A stretch of 64,000 nt of DNA, taken from contig JAXMOL010000005.1 in assembly GCA_034669905.1 (NCBI GenBank), positions 64,001 through 128,000 of the forward strand, read 5' to 3'. The notes under the pieces are model-generated. The model saw nothing but the letters and a program-made list of their open reading frames with translations, searched no databases and was not told where the DNA came from. This document shows positions 1 through 9,957 of this stretch, one piece after another (the stretch's first letter is position 1; every line of letters begins with the position of its first letter). The position numbers were made by a program, and so were the translations under genes. Source of the DNA: Candidatus Hydrogenedentota bacterium (GTDB lineage Bacteria > Hydrogenedentota > Hydrogenedentia > Hydrogenedentales > JAEUWI01).

Positions 1-159
1 CGAGGTATCAATTTTTCCAAACTCAATCTGGCTCGGCTTCACCTCCACGGCGAACGCTGACCAGGCCCCGACGAGCAGTGCGAAGAGCGCACTGGGGAGC
101 ACGCGCCCCATCCGGGCGCGGATACTTCGGTGTTGACGGTTTCCAGCATGGCTGCTCAT
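1..159 (-). CDS. Secreted protein, N-terminus only (runs off the left edge)
   Basis: Read manually: ATG at 159 with AGGAG RBS at 166-170; MSSHAGNRQHRSIRARMGRVLPSALFALLVGAWSAFAVEVKPSQIEFGKIDTS has a signal-peptide-like AFA site; frame open to base 1. Confidence 0.6.
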   Translation of the reverse strand, partial: MSSHAGNRQHRSIRARMGRVLPSALFALLVGAWSAFAVEVKPSQIEFGKIDTS

Positions 160-248
160 GGCATTCTCCTTTTCCTAAATACGTTACCCAGGGTAACGGG
201 TCTTTGTGCGTCTGCTTGAGGAGCGCGATACGTCCATCAAGTTGTCGC

Positions 249-725
249 TCAGCGAGTAATATCCTCTGAGAGCTCAGAAAGTTTCTGCTCCAGATCATCC
301 ATCGCCTGGGCCAGTTCCGACTTGGCCTGCTCCCAGCGATCCTTGGAGGCTTCTTTGAGCCCCTGCCATTCTGCCCTCAACGCGTCGCGCTGGGTTTCCA
401 GGGTCGCGAGGGATTCGTTCAACCCTTCTCTGGCGTCATCCCCCGCTTCCTCCAGTTTCTCGGACAGGGCGGCGATTTGGCGGTCGAGCACATCCAGTTC
501 ATCGCTGAATTCCCGGTCAAATCGGGCACGCTGTTCGCTCACGGCCTCCTGGAAGCGGTCGCCCAACTCCCGGGCCTCTTCCTTGATTTCTTCGCCCACC
601 TCCCGGGCTTCCTCTGCGAGGTCACTTTCCGGACCCGCGGGCCGGTCAGGGGCCGTGTCGCACCCGAAGAGAGCGACGCTGGCACCTATGCCCAACAAGA
701 GCATCGATTTGCAGTGACTGAACAT
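249..725 (-). CDS. Coiled-coil / apolipoprotein-like lipoprotein, probable stress protein
   Basis: Lipobox ALFGC, then an acidic amphipathic helical body; AGGAG RBS upstream. Confidence 0.7.
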   Translation of the reverse strand: MFSHCKSMLLLGIGASVALFGCDTAPDRPAGPESDLAEEAREVGEEIKEEARELGDRFQEAVSEQRARFDREFSDELDVLDRQIAALSEKLEEAGDDAREGLNESLATLETQRDALRAEWQGLKEASKDRWEQAKSELAQAMDDLEQKLSELSEDITR

Positions 726-783
726 GATGGAATCTCCTTATCCGTTTTCGTGCACCAGATTTCAATGGAAATCGGTCCGGAAG

Positions 784-951
784 CTATACATTGCGGACGC
801 GCAAACCGGCGACGAGGCTGAGAAGGAATAACACAAGAAAGACCACGAACAGGATTTTCGCAATTCCGGCCGTGGCGGCGGCGATACCACCAAATCCGAA
901 GATGGCGGCAATGAGAGATACGACGAAGAAGACTACTGCCCAGTACAACAT
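784..951 (-). CDS. DUF1328 (UPF0391/YtjA-like) small membrane protein
   Basis: [35 protein letters not shown] family signature; GGAGG RBS. Confidence 0.9.
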   Translation of the reverse strand: MLYWAVVFFVVSLIAAIFGFGGIAAATAGIAKILFVVFLVLFLLSLVAGLRVRNV

Positions 952-1010
952 AGAGTTATCCTCCTTTTCTTTTCCGCTGTGCAGGCGTTGTGCCCGCTTA
1001 GCTTCCAAGA

Positions 1011-1027
1011 TGCAAGGCCCGTGCCAA
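1011..1027 (-). promoter_or_regulatory. Sigma-54 (-24/-12) promoter for the DUF1328 gene
   Basis: Minus strand TTGGCACGGGCCTTGCA matches TGGCACG-N4-TTGCA exactly, ~60 bp upstream of the ATG. Confidence 0.75.
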
Positions 1028-1143
1028 GCTCGGAAGTATTGAAGCTAAAGGACTTAGCGCTTGGCTCGTGTAGGAAGGTGACGGAAGGGCGTATGAAAAG
1101 GTGACAGGAGCGGGCCGCGACGGGGATGGGCAGACCGGGCCGT

Positions 1144-1192
1144 AAAAAAAGCGTGGTCCCTGCGGGAGCGATAGCATTCCGCTCCCGCAGGG
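1144..1192 (-). terminator. Probable intrinsic terminator after the 1204-2346 gene
   Basis: 13-bp perfect stem CCCTGCGGGAGCG/CGCTCCCGCAGGG with a T7 run on the minus strand 7 nt beyond the stem. Confidence 0.55.
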
Positions 1193-1203
1193 CATTGGAA
1201 GTG

Positions 1204-2346
1204 CTACGCGCCGATTTCGCTCTTAATGACGCGGAGACCAAACGTACCGATCAGGGCCTTGATATCCTTGCCATCCACGTCACCGGTTTTCTTCATGTCT
1301 TTCTTGATGCTCTTTATTTCGACCTTCAAGTCCTCCAGGGCCTTTTCCTTGGACTTGAGATCATTCAGCGCCTTTTTTACGCCCGACTTGGAAAGAAAGG
1401 CTGATTTGTCGCCGTCAGACTTTTTCCAGGCGCCCACGATCTTCTTCGTCATGGAATCAATCTCTTTCCGCAACTTGACCGCTTTCTTTTCCTGGGCCTC
1501 CAGCATTTCCTCGCTCTTTGCCCAGACGCCTTCGTCACCCGTCTTCATCCGTTTGCCATGGCCATCCGTCTGGGAGTTGTCATCGGCGGTCCAACTTGGC
1601 CCGGGCATCCCCTCAACCGATAGTTTCTTGTAACCCCGTTTCTTCATTTCCGACCATACCTTCTTCGCGTATGGATCGTCCTTTTTGTCTTTTTCAGGGC
1701 CGCCTGAAGCGGTGAAGCAACCACTGAGGGTAATCTTCCCGCTGAAATCCTTGGACAGGTTCTTTTTCTTGTCCTTATTCTTCGTCAGCAAGTCACAGAG
1801 CTGAGACGGCTTCTTGCCGGCCAGATGGGTCCCGATAACGCGTCCCGGTTTGGTCTTCGGCGTCCCGTGGGCACAAAGAAGCACGTTGCCCGTAATTCCC
1901 CCGAAATCTGCTTCGTCCTCTTCCTGAACGCGCGCTTTGAGCTTTTTCCCCTTGGCATCGCTGGCCTCATCGATGGTATCGTCGCCCCGATCCATATTCA
2001 CCACGGCCGAATTGGATTTCGCGAGTTTTTCTTTGAGCCCCACGTAATTCTTGACGAGGACCGACATCCCTTCGAACTTTCCGTCCACCTTGTCATGAAT
2101 CACCAGCACCAGGTCTTTCTTCACCACGCCCGCCATAATATAGGGATCTTTGAGCTTCTTACTGGCTGAGTGGTACTTGACCAATTTGAGGGCGTCCGAG
2201 GATTTAATTACCACCCCCTGCACCCCCTTTTCCCCGAACTCTTCCAGGTCATACGTGATGGCCTTGATCACGTTACCAATATTGAATTTGCTGAAATCGA
2301 TGTTCTTTTTGGACCCATAAAGTATGGGGCTCAATTTTGCTGGCAT
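1204..2346 (-). CDS. Lys-rich protein with a caspase-fold (clan CD, peptidase C80-like) domain
   Basis: VLLCAHG and ITLSGC motifs form a His-Cys dyad pattern; ATG 2346 with GGAGG RBS; C-terminal coiled coil. Confidence 0.6.
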   Translation of the reverse strand: MPAKLSPILYGSKKNIDFSKFNIGNVIKAITYDLEEFGEKGVQGVVIKSSDALKLVKYHSASKKLKDPYIMAGVVKKDLVLVIHDKVDGKFEGMSVLVKNYVGLKEKLAKSNSAVVNMDRGDDTIDEASDAKGKKLKARVQEEDEADFGGITGNVLLCAHGTPKTKPGRVIGTHLAGKKPSQLCDLLTKNKDKKKNLSKDFSGKITLSGCFTASGGPEKDKKDDPYAKKVWSEMKKRGYKKLSVEGMPGPSWTADDNSQTDGHGKRMKTGDEGVWAKSEEMLEAQEKKAVKLRKEIDSMTKKIVGAWKKSDGDKSAFLSKSGVKKALNDLKSKEKALEDLKVEIKSIKKDMKKTGDVDGKDIKALIGTFGLRVIKSEIGA

Positions 2347-2679
2347 GAAACGACCTCCCAGGTTGAAATATACCGTTCTTGTCAAGAGTTTACGCTAGGC
2401 TTCCCATACTACCATAGGTCAGCGAAAAATGTTCGGTTTTCCGCGACGATGGGCAGGGCAAGGCGTTCCGCCCAGCAGGCACCTGCCCGAAGGCGTAAGT
2501 CTTAGCGCAAAATCGCTGCGGTGCCGGGGCCACCCCCATCGCCCGTAAAAACGCATTTCCCTATCGACAAATGCGCGTCGCCGTGGCACAATAGGGATAG
2601 AAGGCAACCGGGCAATCGGGTTGCCCCACGTGGCCTTTCCAGCGTGTGCAACGCACGACAACCCTTGGAGAGTCCCGCC

Positions 2680-3834
2680 ATGACCATCACGACCCACTCC
2701 CTCGAACACGAACTTTCCCTTCGTCGAATCGCGGAATACGCACTGAAACAACGGGCCTCCGACATCCATTTGAAGGTGGGGCGGCCCCCGGCGATTCGCA
2801 TCGATAGTGCACTTCGTTTCGTGCCCATGTCGGCTATCACCGACGAGGACTTTCTCGGCTTCCTGGAAGAGTTCATGACGCCCGAGCAGCAGGAAGCCTA
2901 TCTGGAAAGCGGTGATGCGGATCTCGCGGTGGACTTCCCCGGGCTGGCCCGCTTCCGCGCCAACTGCTACCGCCAGCGGGGAAAAAACGCGGTCATCCTG
3001 CGCCACGTACGCACGGATATTCCGGACTTTGCCTCTTTGAACCTCCCGGAAAAGGCGATGAAACACATCGCTGAACTGCCCCGTGGACTGGTGCTTGTGA
3101 CCGGTACGACCAGCAGCGGCAAATCGACGACGCTGGCCGCCCTGATCGGACGCATCAACGAAACGCGCCACGGGCACATCGTCACCCTCGAAGATCCCAT
3201 CGAATATGTCCACGAAGACAAGCAGTGCAGCGTCAGTCAGCGGGAGGTGCACCTCGACACCAAAGACTTCCGCACGGGACTGCGGGCCATCCTGCGGGAA
3301 GACCCGAATATCATTCTTATCGGCGAGATGCGGGATGTGGATACCTTCTACACCTGCCTGGGCGCGGCCGAGACCGGCCACCTGGTCTTCAGCACACTGC
3401 ACACCACCAACGTCATGATGACCATCGACCGTATTCTGGACCTTTTTCCTGCGGAACAACACGCCCAGATTCGTTCTCAATTGGCGCTGCAATTGCAAGC
3501 CATCGTGTCCCAGCGCCTCCTGCCCAACGCCAGTGGCACGGGACGTGTCCCCGCCGTCGAGGTCATGTTTATGAATCCGGGAATCGCCTCCCTGATTCGG
3601 GAGGATGAAATCGGCCGAATCCCCCAGGTCATTGCAGATGGCCGGGACGAAGGCATGCAGACCTTTAACATGCACCTCATCGAACTGGTGAAGTCGGGAA
3701 CGATTACGATGAAGGACGCTGAGTTTGCATCGGACAATCCCGACGCCCTGAAGGCCAATCTCTCGGGGATTTTTGGCATGCGCGATCGGGGTGGTATTAC
3801 CAAGCATCGCAAAACAAGTTTTGTAGGTGACTGA
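2680..3834 (+). CDS. pilT: Type IV pilus retraction ATPase, PilT/PilU family
   Basis: ASDIHL, Walker A GTTSSGKST, TLEDPIE, LREDPNIILIGEMRD, ETGHLVFSTLHT, GMQTFN. Confidence 0.92.
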   Translation: MTITTHSLEHELSLRRIAEYALKQRASDIHLKVGRPPAIRIDSALRFVPMSAITDEDFLGFLEEFMTPEQQEAYLESGDADLAVDFPGLARFRANCYRQRGKNAVILRHVRTDIPDFASLNLPEKAMKHIAELPRGLVLVTGTTSSGKSTTLAALIGRINETRHGHIVTLEDPIEYVHEDKQCSVSQREVHLDTKDFRTGLRAILREDPNIILIGEMRDVDTFYTCLGAAETGHLVFSTLHTTNVMMTIDRILDLFPAEQHAQIRSQLALQLQAIVSQRLLPNASGTGRVPAVEVMFMNPGIASLIREDEIGRIPQVIADGRDEGMQTFNMHLIELVKSGTITMKDAEFASDNPDALKANLSGIFGMRDRGGITKHRKTSFVGD

Positions 3835-4009
3835 CGTCACCCTGACGGATGCCAGGGACCGGCAGCCCAACGGGGCCTGTCCGGGGTACGGCCTCGAAAG
3901 GTGAAGGTCTGTTTTCCTGCCTGGTTGAACGGCTTGTATCTCGCGGTCGACGCGTGTATCGTGTGCCCTTATTGCTGTTACGTGTCCCTCACCAAGGAGT
4001 ACCGCGCCC

Positions 4010-5428
4010 ATGTCTTTCCATCGACTGACCCTGTGCTTGCTCACTCTCGCAACACCCCTTTGGGGCGTCCCCACCCATGCCGACGCGCCCGATGTCGCGA
4101 CACGGAATGCAATGTGTCTGCGCCCCTTCCCGGACAATCCCTATTACTGGCAATACAAGGGCGAGCCAATTATTCTGCTGGGTGGCTCGGTAGAGGATAA
4201 TCTCTTTCAAATTGACGGTCTGGAGGCCCACCTCGATTTACTCCAGGCCTCGGGAGGCAACTATATCCGCAACACCCTCTCTTCCCGCGATGAGGGTAAC
4301 CTGTGGATGTTTCAGCAGCGCGAAGATGGCAAGTACAACCTCGACGCCCTCAACGAGGCCTACTACGCGCGTTTGAAACGGTTGCTCGACCTCTGTCTGA
4401 AACGGGATATCGTGGTCCAGTTCGAACTGTGGGACCGCTTCGATTATTCCCGGGAGCAGTGGCACGGGAACCCCTTCCGTCCCATCAACAACGTAACCTA
4501 CACCGTCGCCTCGTCGGGCCTCAAGAATGAGTACCCGCGCCATCCGGGCTCCAATGACAACCCGTTCTTCCGCAGCATTCCCAAGCAGGAAAACAATGAA
4601 CTCATCCTGAAATACCAACGCATGCACATGGACCGGGTACTCGCTGTTTCCCTCCCCTATCCCAATGTCCTGTACTGCATGGACAACGAGACACGGGCCA
4701 ATACCGACTGGGGGGCGTACTGGTCCAACTACGTGAAAGACAAAGCGAAGGGGTTGGGCGTGGTGGTCCAGACCACCGAAATGTGGGATGACTGGAACCT
4801 GCAGGCCGAGCAGCATCGGCACACGCTGGACCACCCGGAGCGCTATTCCTTTGTAGATACCTCCCAGAATAACCACCAGAAGGGACAGCGCCATTGGGAC
4901 AACTTTCAATGGGTCCGGGCCTACCTGGCAAAGTCTCCCCGTCCCATCAACCATGTGAAATGTTATGGTGCGGAAAGCAACCAATTCGGGGATGACCGCG
5001 ATGGGGTCGAGCGTTTCTGGCGGAGCCTCGTCGGTGGGGCCGCGTCCATTCGCTTTCACCGTCCGCCTGCTGGATTGGGGCTGGGTGAGCGGGCCCAGGC
5101 CAATGTAAAGAGCGCACGTCTCTTCAGCGAGGCCTACAACCTTATTGCGGGAACGCCGATGACACGGGAGGCCGTGGTGAGTAAGCTCCTCGCCGACGTG
5201 GAAGACAACGAGGCCCATGTAAATCGGAGTGAGCAGGCGATGGCCGTTTATATGCCCCAGGGCGGCGAGGTTCGCCTGCTTACGAAAGACGTCGGCGCAC
5301 GGCCGGTGGTCCAGTGGCTCGATATTGAGCACAGCGTCTGGCGTGCTCCTGTCCCCTTAGAAGGCGATACGCCCGCCCTGAAAGCGCCCGGGGACGGTCA
5401 ATGGCTCGCCCTGATCCGGGCCGAATAA
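4010..5428 (+). CDS. Secreted glycoside-hydrolase-like (TIM barrel) protein
   Basis: Signal peptide; YWQYKGEPIILLG start; MDNE motif resembling the clan GH-A acid/base; C-terminal beta-domain ending WLALI. Confidence 0.6.
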   Translation: MSFHRLTLCLLTLATPLWGVPTHADAPDVATRNAMCLRPFPDNPYYWQYKGEPIILLGGSVEDNLFQIDGLEAHLDLLQASGGNYIRNTLSSRDEGNLWMFQQREDGKYNLDALNEAYYARLKRLLDLCLKRDIVVQFELWDRFDYSREQWHGNPFRPINNVTYTVASSGLKNEYPRHPGSNDNPFFRSIPKQENNELILKYQRMHMDRVLAVSLPYPNVLYCMDNETRANTDWGAYWSNYVKDKAKGLGVVVQTTEMWDDWNLQAEQHRHTLDHPERYSFVDTSQNNHQKGQRHWDNFQWVRAYLAKSPRPINHVKCYGAESNQFGDDRDGVERFWRSLVGGAASIRFHRPPAGLGLGERAQANVKSARLFSEAYNLIAGTPMTREAVVSKLLADVEDNEAHVNRSEQAMAVYMPQGGEVRLLTKDVGARPVVQWLDIEHSVWRAPVPLEGDTPALKAPGDGQWLALIRAE

Positions 5429-5561
5429 GCGTGCTTAGACTACTTTGTACGCCTGATCCGGATAGATCGGGCCTTTCACTGCGGCTATCATGGCACGTTG
5501 CTCGCCCCCGACGACTGGCAGCGGCAACAACGTGCCCCCACTGAACCTTGGAAAGTAACCC

Positions 5562-6293
5562 ATGAACGCTTCTTTTGATATCGCTCACAAGACGGCCCTC
5601 GTCACCGGTGCCAATCGGGGCATCGGTAAGGCCATCCTCACCTCGCTGGTGCAGCACGGCGCGAAGCGGGTCTATGCAGCGGTTCGTTCCCTCGAGTCGA
5701 CCCAGACGCTGGTGGAGACCTTCGGCGACAAAGTGGTACCTCTTGAACTGGATATGACCAAGCCAGAGACCATCACCGCCGCCGCCGCCAAGGCCACCGA
5801 CGTGGAGTTGGTGGTGAATAACGCCGGCGTGCTGACCCAAACCAACGCCCTCTCATCCAAGGCCTTTGACCACCTCGCCTACGAAATGGAGGTCAATGTC
5901 TACGGTCTGATCCGGGTAGCCCAGGCCTTTGCCCCTGTCTTGAAAGCCAACGGCGGGGGGGCTTTTGTGCAGATCAATTCCGTCGCATCCCTGAAGTCCT
6001 TTCCGGGCATTGCGACATACTCCGCTTCGAAGGCTGCGGCCTACTCGATCACCCAGGGCCTTCGGGCCACCCTGGCGAATCAGCATACGATCGTGCTGAG
6101 CGTCCACCCGGGGCCCATCGAAACCGATATGGCCACCCATGCCGGCATGCTGGAAGGTGTTGAGCCCCCTACAGTGGTGGCCGATGGTCTCATCGCCGCG
6201 TTGAAACTGGGCAACCCCCACCTCTTCCCCGATACCCTTGCCCGCGATGTGTGGCACGCCTATGAAGGATTCGCCAAGGCCATCATTGAGTGA
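5562..6293 (+). CDS. SDR family oxidoreductase
   Basis: TGANRGIG, NNAG, YSASK. Confidence 0.92.
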   Translation: MNASFDIAHKTALVTGANRGIGKAILTSLVQHGAKRVYAAVRSLESTQTLVETFGDKVVPLELDMTKPETITAAAAKATDVELVVNNAGVLTQTNALSSKAFDHLAYEMEVNVYGLIRVAQAFAPVLKANGGGAFVQINSVASLKSFPGIATYSASKAAAYSITQGLRATLANQHTIVLSVHPGPIETDMATHAGMLEGVEPPTVVADGLIAALKLGNPHLFPDTLARDVWHAYEGFAKAIIE

Positions 6294-6413
6294 TATTCAG
6301 CCGACGTACTGCATTGGGTGAGAATCACGGCGTGACGTACCAATGACCGCGCATTCTTTGCGACACGTCTCAGGACGAAACTCCCCTCCTCGGAAGGGGG
6401 CTTTTGCGCCGCC

Positions 6414-6770
6414 CTATTTCAGCGGTGGGCCCCAGTCTTCAAAGGTAGGCTCGGGCTCGATGGGGCGCAGGGTTACGTAGATGTCATCGCCCTCGATTTT
6501 GAGCCCATGGCGACGTAGACAGACCTTGCTGCCCCAGAGGCACTCGCCCGTGACGAGGTTGTATTTCCAGCCGTGCCAGGGACAGATCACCACGTCGCCG
6601 TTCATTTTTCCTTCGGTGAGGTCCGCGTTTTCGTGCTTACACCCCACTTCCGTGGCGAAAAAGGTGCCGTCCTTCTGTTTGATGATGCCCACAGGACGGG
6701 CCAGGAGTTTATAGGAGCGAATCCGGGTCTTCTTAAAGTCTTGCACCCGGGCGAGTTTCACGTATTCCAC
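6414..6770 (-). CDS. Rieske [2Fe-2S] ferredoxin
   Basis: CKH ... CPWHG Rieske ligand boxes. Confidence 0.88.
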   Translation of the reverse strand: MEYVKLARVQDFKKTRIRSYKLLARPVGIIKQKDGTFFATEVGCKHENADLTEGKMNGDVVICPWHGWKYNLVTGECLWGSKVCLRRHGLKIEGDDIYVTLRPIEPEPTFEDWGPPLK

Positions 6771-6977
6771 AGGGTATGCCTTCCAACGGTATGGAATTTT
6801 TCAGCCAGTATACGTGTTCTATTAGGTTGACGGCCACTCTGGATAGTTACCGGGTCCGACGGCGGCGTTTCAAAATTTGGCAGGAATCGGTGTAATCCGT
6901 TATAATTCAGGAAGATAGAACCTGCACCCCATTGAGCAACGGGGTCTTACTCTACCCAGCATGAATCGAGGTGTTGT

Positions 6978-7289
6978 ATGCTCGAAGCACAAGAAACCTA
7001 TTTCCGGTTGGATATGCCCGTGGCGGAAGCCATGGCACTGCACCCCCGGGTGGCCGAGGTCTTCGCGGCCTTCCATCTCGGTGGTTGCTCCCATTGCGGT
7101 GTCGCCCAGTTTGAGACCATTGAACAGGTCTGCATGGGCTATGGCGTCGATTCGGAAGTGCTCCTGGAGGTCCTGGAGGGCCTGATGGAAAACGATCCGC
7201 AAGAAGATGGGCCTGCCAAGCCTGCCCCGGCCGAACCCGCCGAACCCGCCGAACCCGGCACGGCCGAAGCGCCGTCGGAAGACCAATAA
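6978..7289 (+). CDS. DUF1858-like redox/disulfide protein
   Basis: HPRVAEVF...GGCSHC...ETIEQVC..YGVD pattern; Pro/Glu tail. Confidence 0.7.
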   Translation: MLEAQETYFRLDMPVAEAMALHPRVAEVFAAFHLGGCSHCGVAQFETIEQVCMGYGVDSEVLLEVLEGLMENDPQEDGPAKPAPAEPAEPAEPGTAEAPSEDQ

Positions 7290-7339
7290 GCTTTACCCGC
7301 GCCTGCTGCGCATAGTTTCCCGATTGAAGGAGGTCGTAA

Positions 7340-7702
7340 ATGACCACGATGGATAACACGATTGAACAGCCCAAAGCCCTGCTCCGCGCTACCGACGACG
7401 CCATCGCCGCCCTGGGCGAAATGCAACGCGGTGAAGAAGGCAAGGGGAAGGATGGGGTGCGTTTGGGCGTGAAGGGGGGCGGCTGCTCCGGCTTCTCCTA
7501 TGTCCTCGAATTCGATAACAAGCGCGAAGGGGACAACATTCTTGAGCAAGACGGGGTCACCTTCTATATGGACCGCAAGTCGGCCATCTATTTGAAGGGC
7601 ATCGTCCTGGATTATCGCGCCGGTCTTCAGGGTAAGGGTTTCGTCTTCCAAAACCCCAATGCCACCACAACCTGTGGCTGCGGCGAGTCTTTCTCCGTCT
7701 GA
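7340..7702 (+). CDS. iscA: A-type Fe-S carrier (HesB/IscA/ErpA family)
   Basis: GGCSGFSY and C-terminal CGCGESF. Confidence 0.92.
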   Translation: MTTMDNTIEQPKALLRATDDAIAALGEMQRGEEGKGKDGVRLGVKGGGCSGFSYVLEFDNKREGDNILEQDGVTFYMDRKSAIYLKGIVLDYRAGLQGKGFVFQNPNATTTCGCGESFSV

Positions 7703-7798
7703 GCAATCAGACACCCCATCCCCTGAGATTTCCCTGAAGCAAAACAGGTCCTCATTCCATTTCCCAGGCACTGCCTGACGTCCCCCAGGTTTTACTTC

Positions 7799-9529
7799 AT
7801 GGCTGTACTACGAGAATTGAAGGCCGTTCGCGAGAATATCGGCCTTTGGATGCGGGAGGACTATACGGTCCTCCAGTTTTCCGGCAAGGACGCCGGCACC
7901 TGGCTCCATTCCCAGACTACCAACGACGTAACCGGACTACGCTCCGGTCACGGTAATCTCCAGGCCATCCTCGATCGCCAGGGGCGGGTGCAGGCCTATT
8001 TCAGCCTCCACCGCTGGGAAGATGAATTCTGGGTTATCATCGAAAAAGCCCAACTCCCTGCACTGCTGGCCCGCGTTGAATCCCATCTGATTATGGAAGA
8101 TGTGACGGTGGAAGAGGTGGGTCAGGACAGTCCCCAGATTCTGCTCGAAGGCCCTCGGGCGGCGGTCCTCCTCGCCAATCAACACGGGGACCCCCTGGAA
8201 GCGGCCCACCAGCTGCCCACCCAGGATTACGCGTTCAGCCCCATTCGCCTGCTTGACCACGATGTCCTCCTCTTTCGGCAGGGAGAATCCGGGGAAGATG
8301 GTTTCTTGCTCCTTCCCGGCCCGGGTGAAGCACAGACCCTCTTTGAAAAACTGGAAGATGTGGGTGTCGACTTCGCTATAGAGCTGGTCGGCAGCGAGGC
8401 CCGTGCCACCCTCCAACTGGAGTCCGGCCTGCCCCGATGGGGCCAGGGCATCGATGAAACCCGCATCGTGGTGGAGACCCCCCTCGCCCAATCGGCCATC
8501 AGCTATGAGAAAGGGTGCTACCTGGGGCAGGAAGTGGTCGCACGGCTCAAGGCCTATGGCACCCCCAAACAACAACTTGTGGCCTTGCTGCTGCCCGACG
8601 ATGGATCGCCCCTGCCCCTGGCCGGTGATGCCTTGCATGAGGGCGAAAAGCGGGTGGGTACGCTGGTCCGGATAGGCTACTCCCCCACGCTTTCCCACTG
8701 GCTCGCATGGGCCTATATGGACCGAGACCACCGGGTTTCGGGCACGACTTACCCCCTACGCCCGGCCTCCTCAGAGCAGGCGATAGGGGCAACGCTCAAG
8801 CACTTTCCTGCCTGGGAGGCCGCGACGCGCCGAGAAAACGCCGAACGGTTCTACAACGAAGCGTTGGGCCACTTTGAGGCAGACTATGACGACGAAAAAG
8901 ACACGGCCATCGAAATCCTCATGGAAGCGTTGGTCCTTGCACCTACCTATGAGGATGCCTACGAAGCCCTGGGGGTCATACTCCATCGACACCATCGGGT
9001 GGAGGAAGCCATACTCTTCATGAAGAAGCTGGCGGCCCTCAATCCCAACTGCGTCATGGCCCACACCAACCTCTCGGTCTTTTACATGAGTCAGGGCATG
9101 ATTCAGGAAGCGGAAGACGAAAAGGCCCTGGCGAACCAACTGGAATTCAAGCAGCAATTGGATGCCCGCCAGGCGGAAAAAGCGGCACGTCAGGAACGGG
9201 AACGCATCAAGGCCGAAGCCGAGAGCCGGATCGGCATGTTTCTGGAAGTATTAGACATCGATCCCGACGATCCCGTGGCTACCATGGGACTCGGACAGGC
9301 CTACATCCAGCTGGAGCGCCATGCCGACGCCATCCCCTATCTGGAAACGGCAACCCGGGTACAAAAAGACTTTTCCGCTGCCTACCTGAATCTCGGAAAG
9401 TGTCACGAAGTGCTGGGAAATAGCGAAGCAGCCCGCAGTGCCTATGAGAAGGGCATCGAAGTGGCCGGCCGCAAAGGGGATCTTATGCCCATGCGCGAAA
9501 TGGAGCGACGGCTGAAGCAACTGGCATAG
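7799..9529 (+). CDS. ygfZ: YgfZ/GcvT-family folate-binding Fe-S maturation protein fused to C-terminal TPR repeats
   Basis: KGCYLGQE signature; residues ~345-576 are TPR-like (AYEALG, AHTNLS, AYLNLG). Confidence 0.85.
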   Translation: MAVLRELKAVRENIGLWMREDYTVLQFSGKDAGTWLHSQTTNDVTGLRSGHGNLQAILDRQGRVQAYFSLHRWEDEFWVIIEKAQLPALLARVESHLIMEDVTVEEVGQDSPQILLEGPRAAVLLANQHGDPLEAAHQLPTQDYAFSPIRLLDHDVLLFRQGESGEDGFLLLPGPGEAQTLFEKLEDVGVDFAIELVGSEARATLQLESGLPRWGQGIDETRIVVETPLAQSAISYEKGCYLGQEVVARLKAYGTPKQQLVALLLPDDGSPLPLAGDALHEGEKRVGTLVRIGYSPTLSHWLAWAYMDRDHRVSGTTYPLRPASSEQAIGATLKHFPAWEAATRRENAERFYNEALGHFEADYDDEKDTAIEILMEALVLAPTYEDAYEALGVILHRHHRVEEAILFMKKLAALNPNCVMAHTNLSVFYMSQGMIQEAEDEKALANQLEFKQQLDARQAEKAARQERERIKAEAESRIGMFLEVLDIDPDDPVATMGLGQAYIQLERHADAIPYLETATRVQKDFSAAYLNLGKCHEVLGNSEAARSAYEKGIEVAGRKGDLMPMREMERRLKQLA

Positions 9530-9957
9530 CCACCGCACCGCTGGTCCTATTCGTTTTCCAATAGACTCGCGATGCGCCGTATACCCTCACCCAGAATCCG
9601 CAAAGCCATATCTACGGCGGATTGGGTGGAATCTGAAATAGATTCAAACATACTTTCCTATCCTGCTCAGGCACCCGTGCCTGATAGTAATACCCCGGTC
9701 ATACGACGATGTTACGCTCTTATCTATACATGAAGCATGCACAAAAGTTTCTTCGCCGACAAGACGCCTTCCCTATCGGGTTATTCATCCTTGAACAATC
9801 ATTCTCACGATGACCGGCAAGGTGAACAACAAATCCTCGTCAACACTGACCACCCTCCATTTTCTGCCACCTTGCCCCTGTCCGATTCTCGGTCATTTCA
9901 GTACTGAATAGGCAAAAAATGCGGCTTCATACCCCTCCATGACTCCACCCAGCCTCT

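Noticed and set aside
2419..4137. 572-aa minus-strand ORF, and other long antisense ORFs (26332-28206, 45961-47541, 53975-55351, 4238-5332)
   Set aside because: Shadows of well-supported opposite-strand genes in GC-rich DNA; no motifs
5491..5505. Possible sigma-54 site TGGCACGTTGCTCGC before the SDR gene
   Set aside because: Spacing is right but the -12 element is TCGC rather than TTGC; too weak to call
7220..7270. GCCGAACCC 9-bp repeats
   Set aside because: Simply encode the PAE low-complexity tail of the DUF1858-like protein
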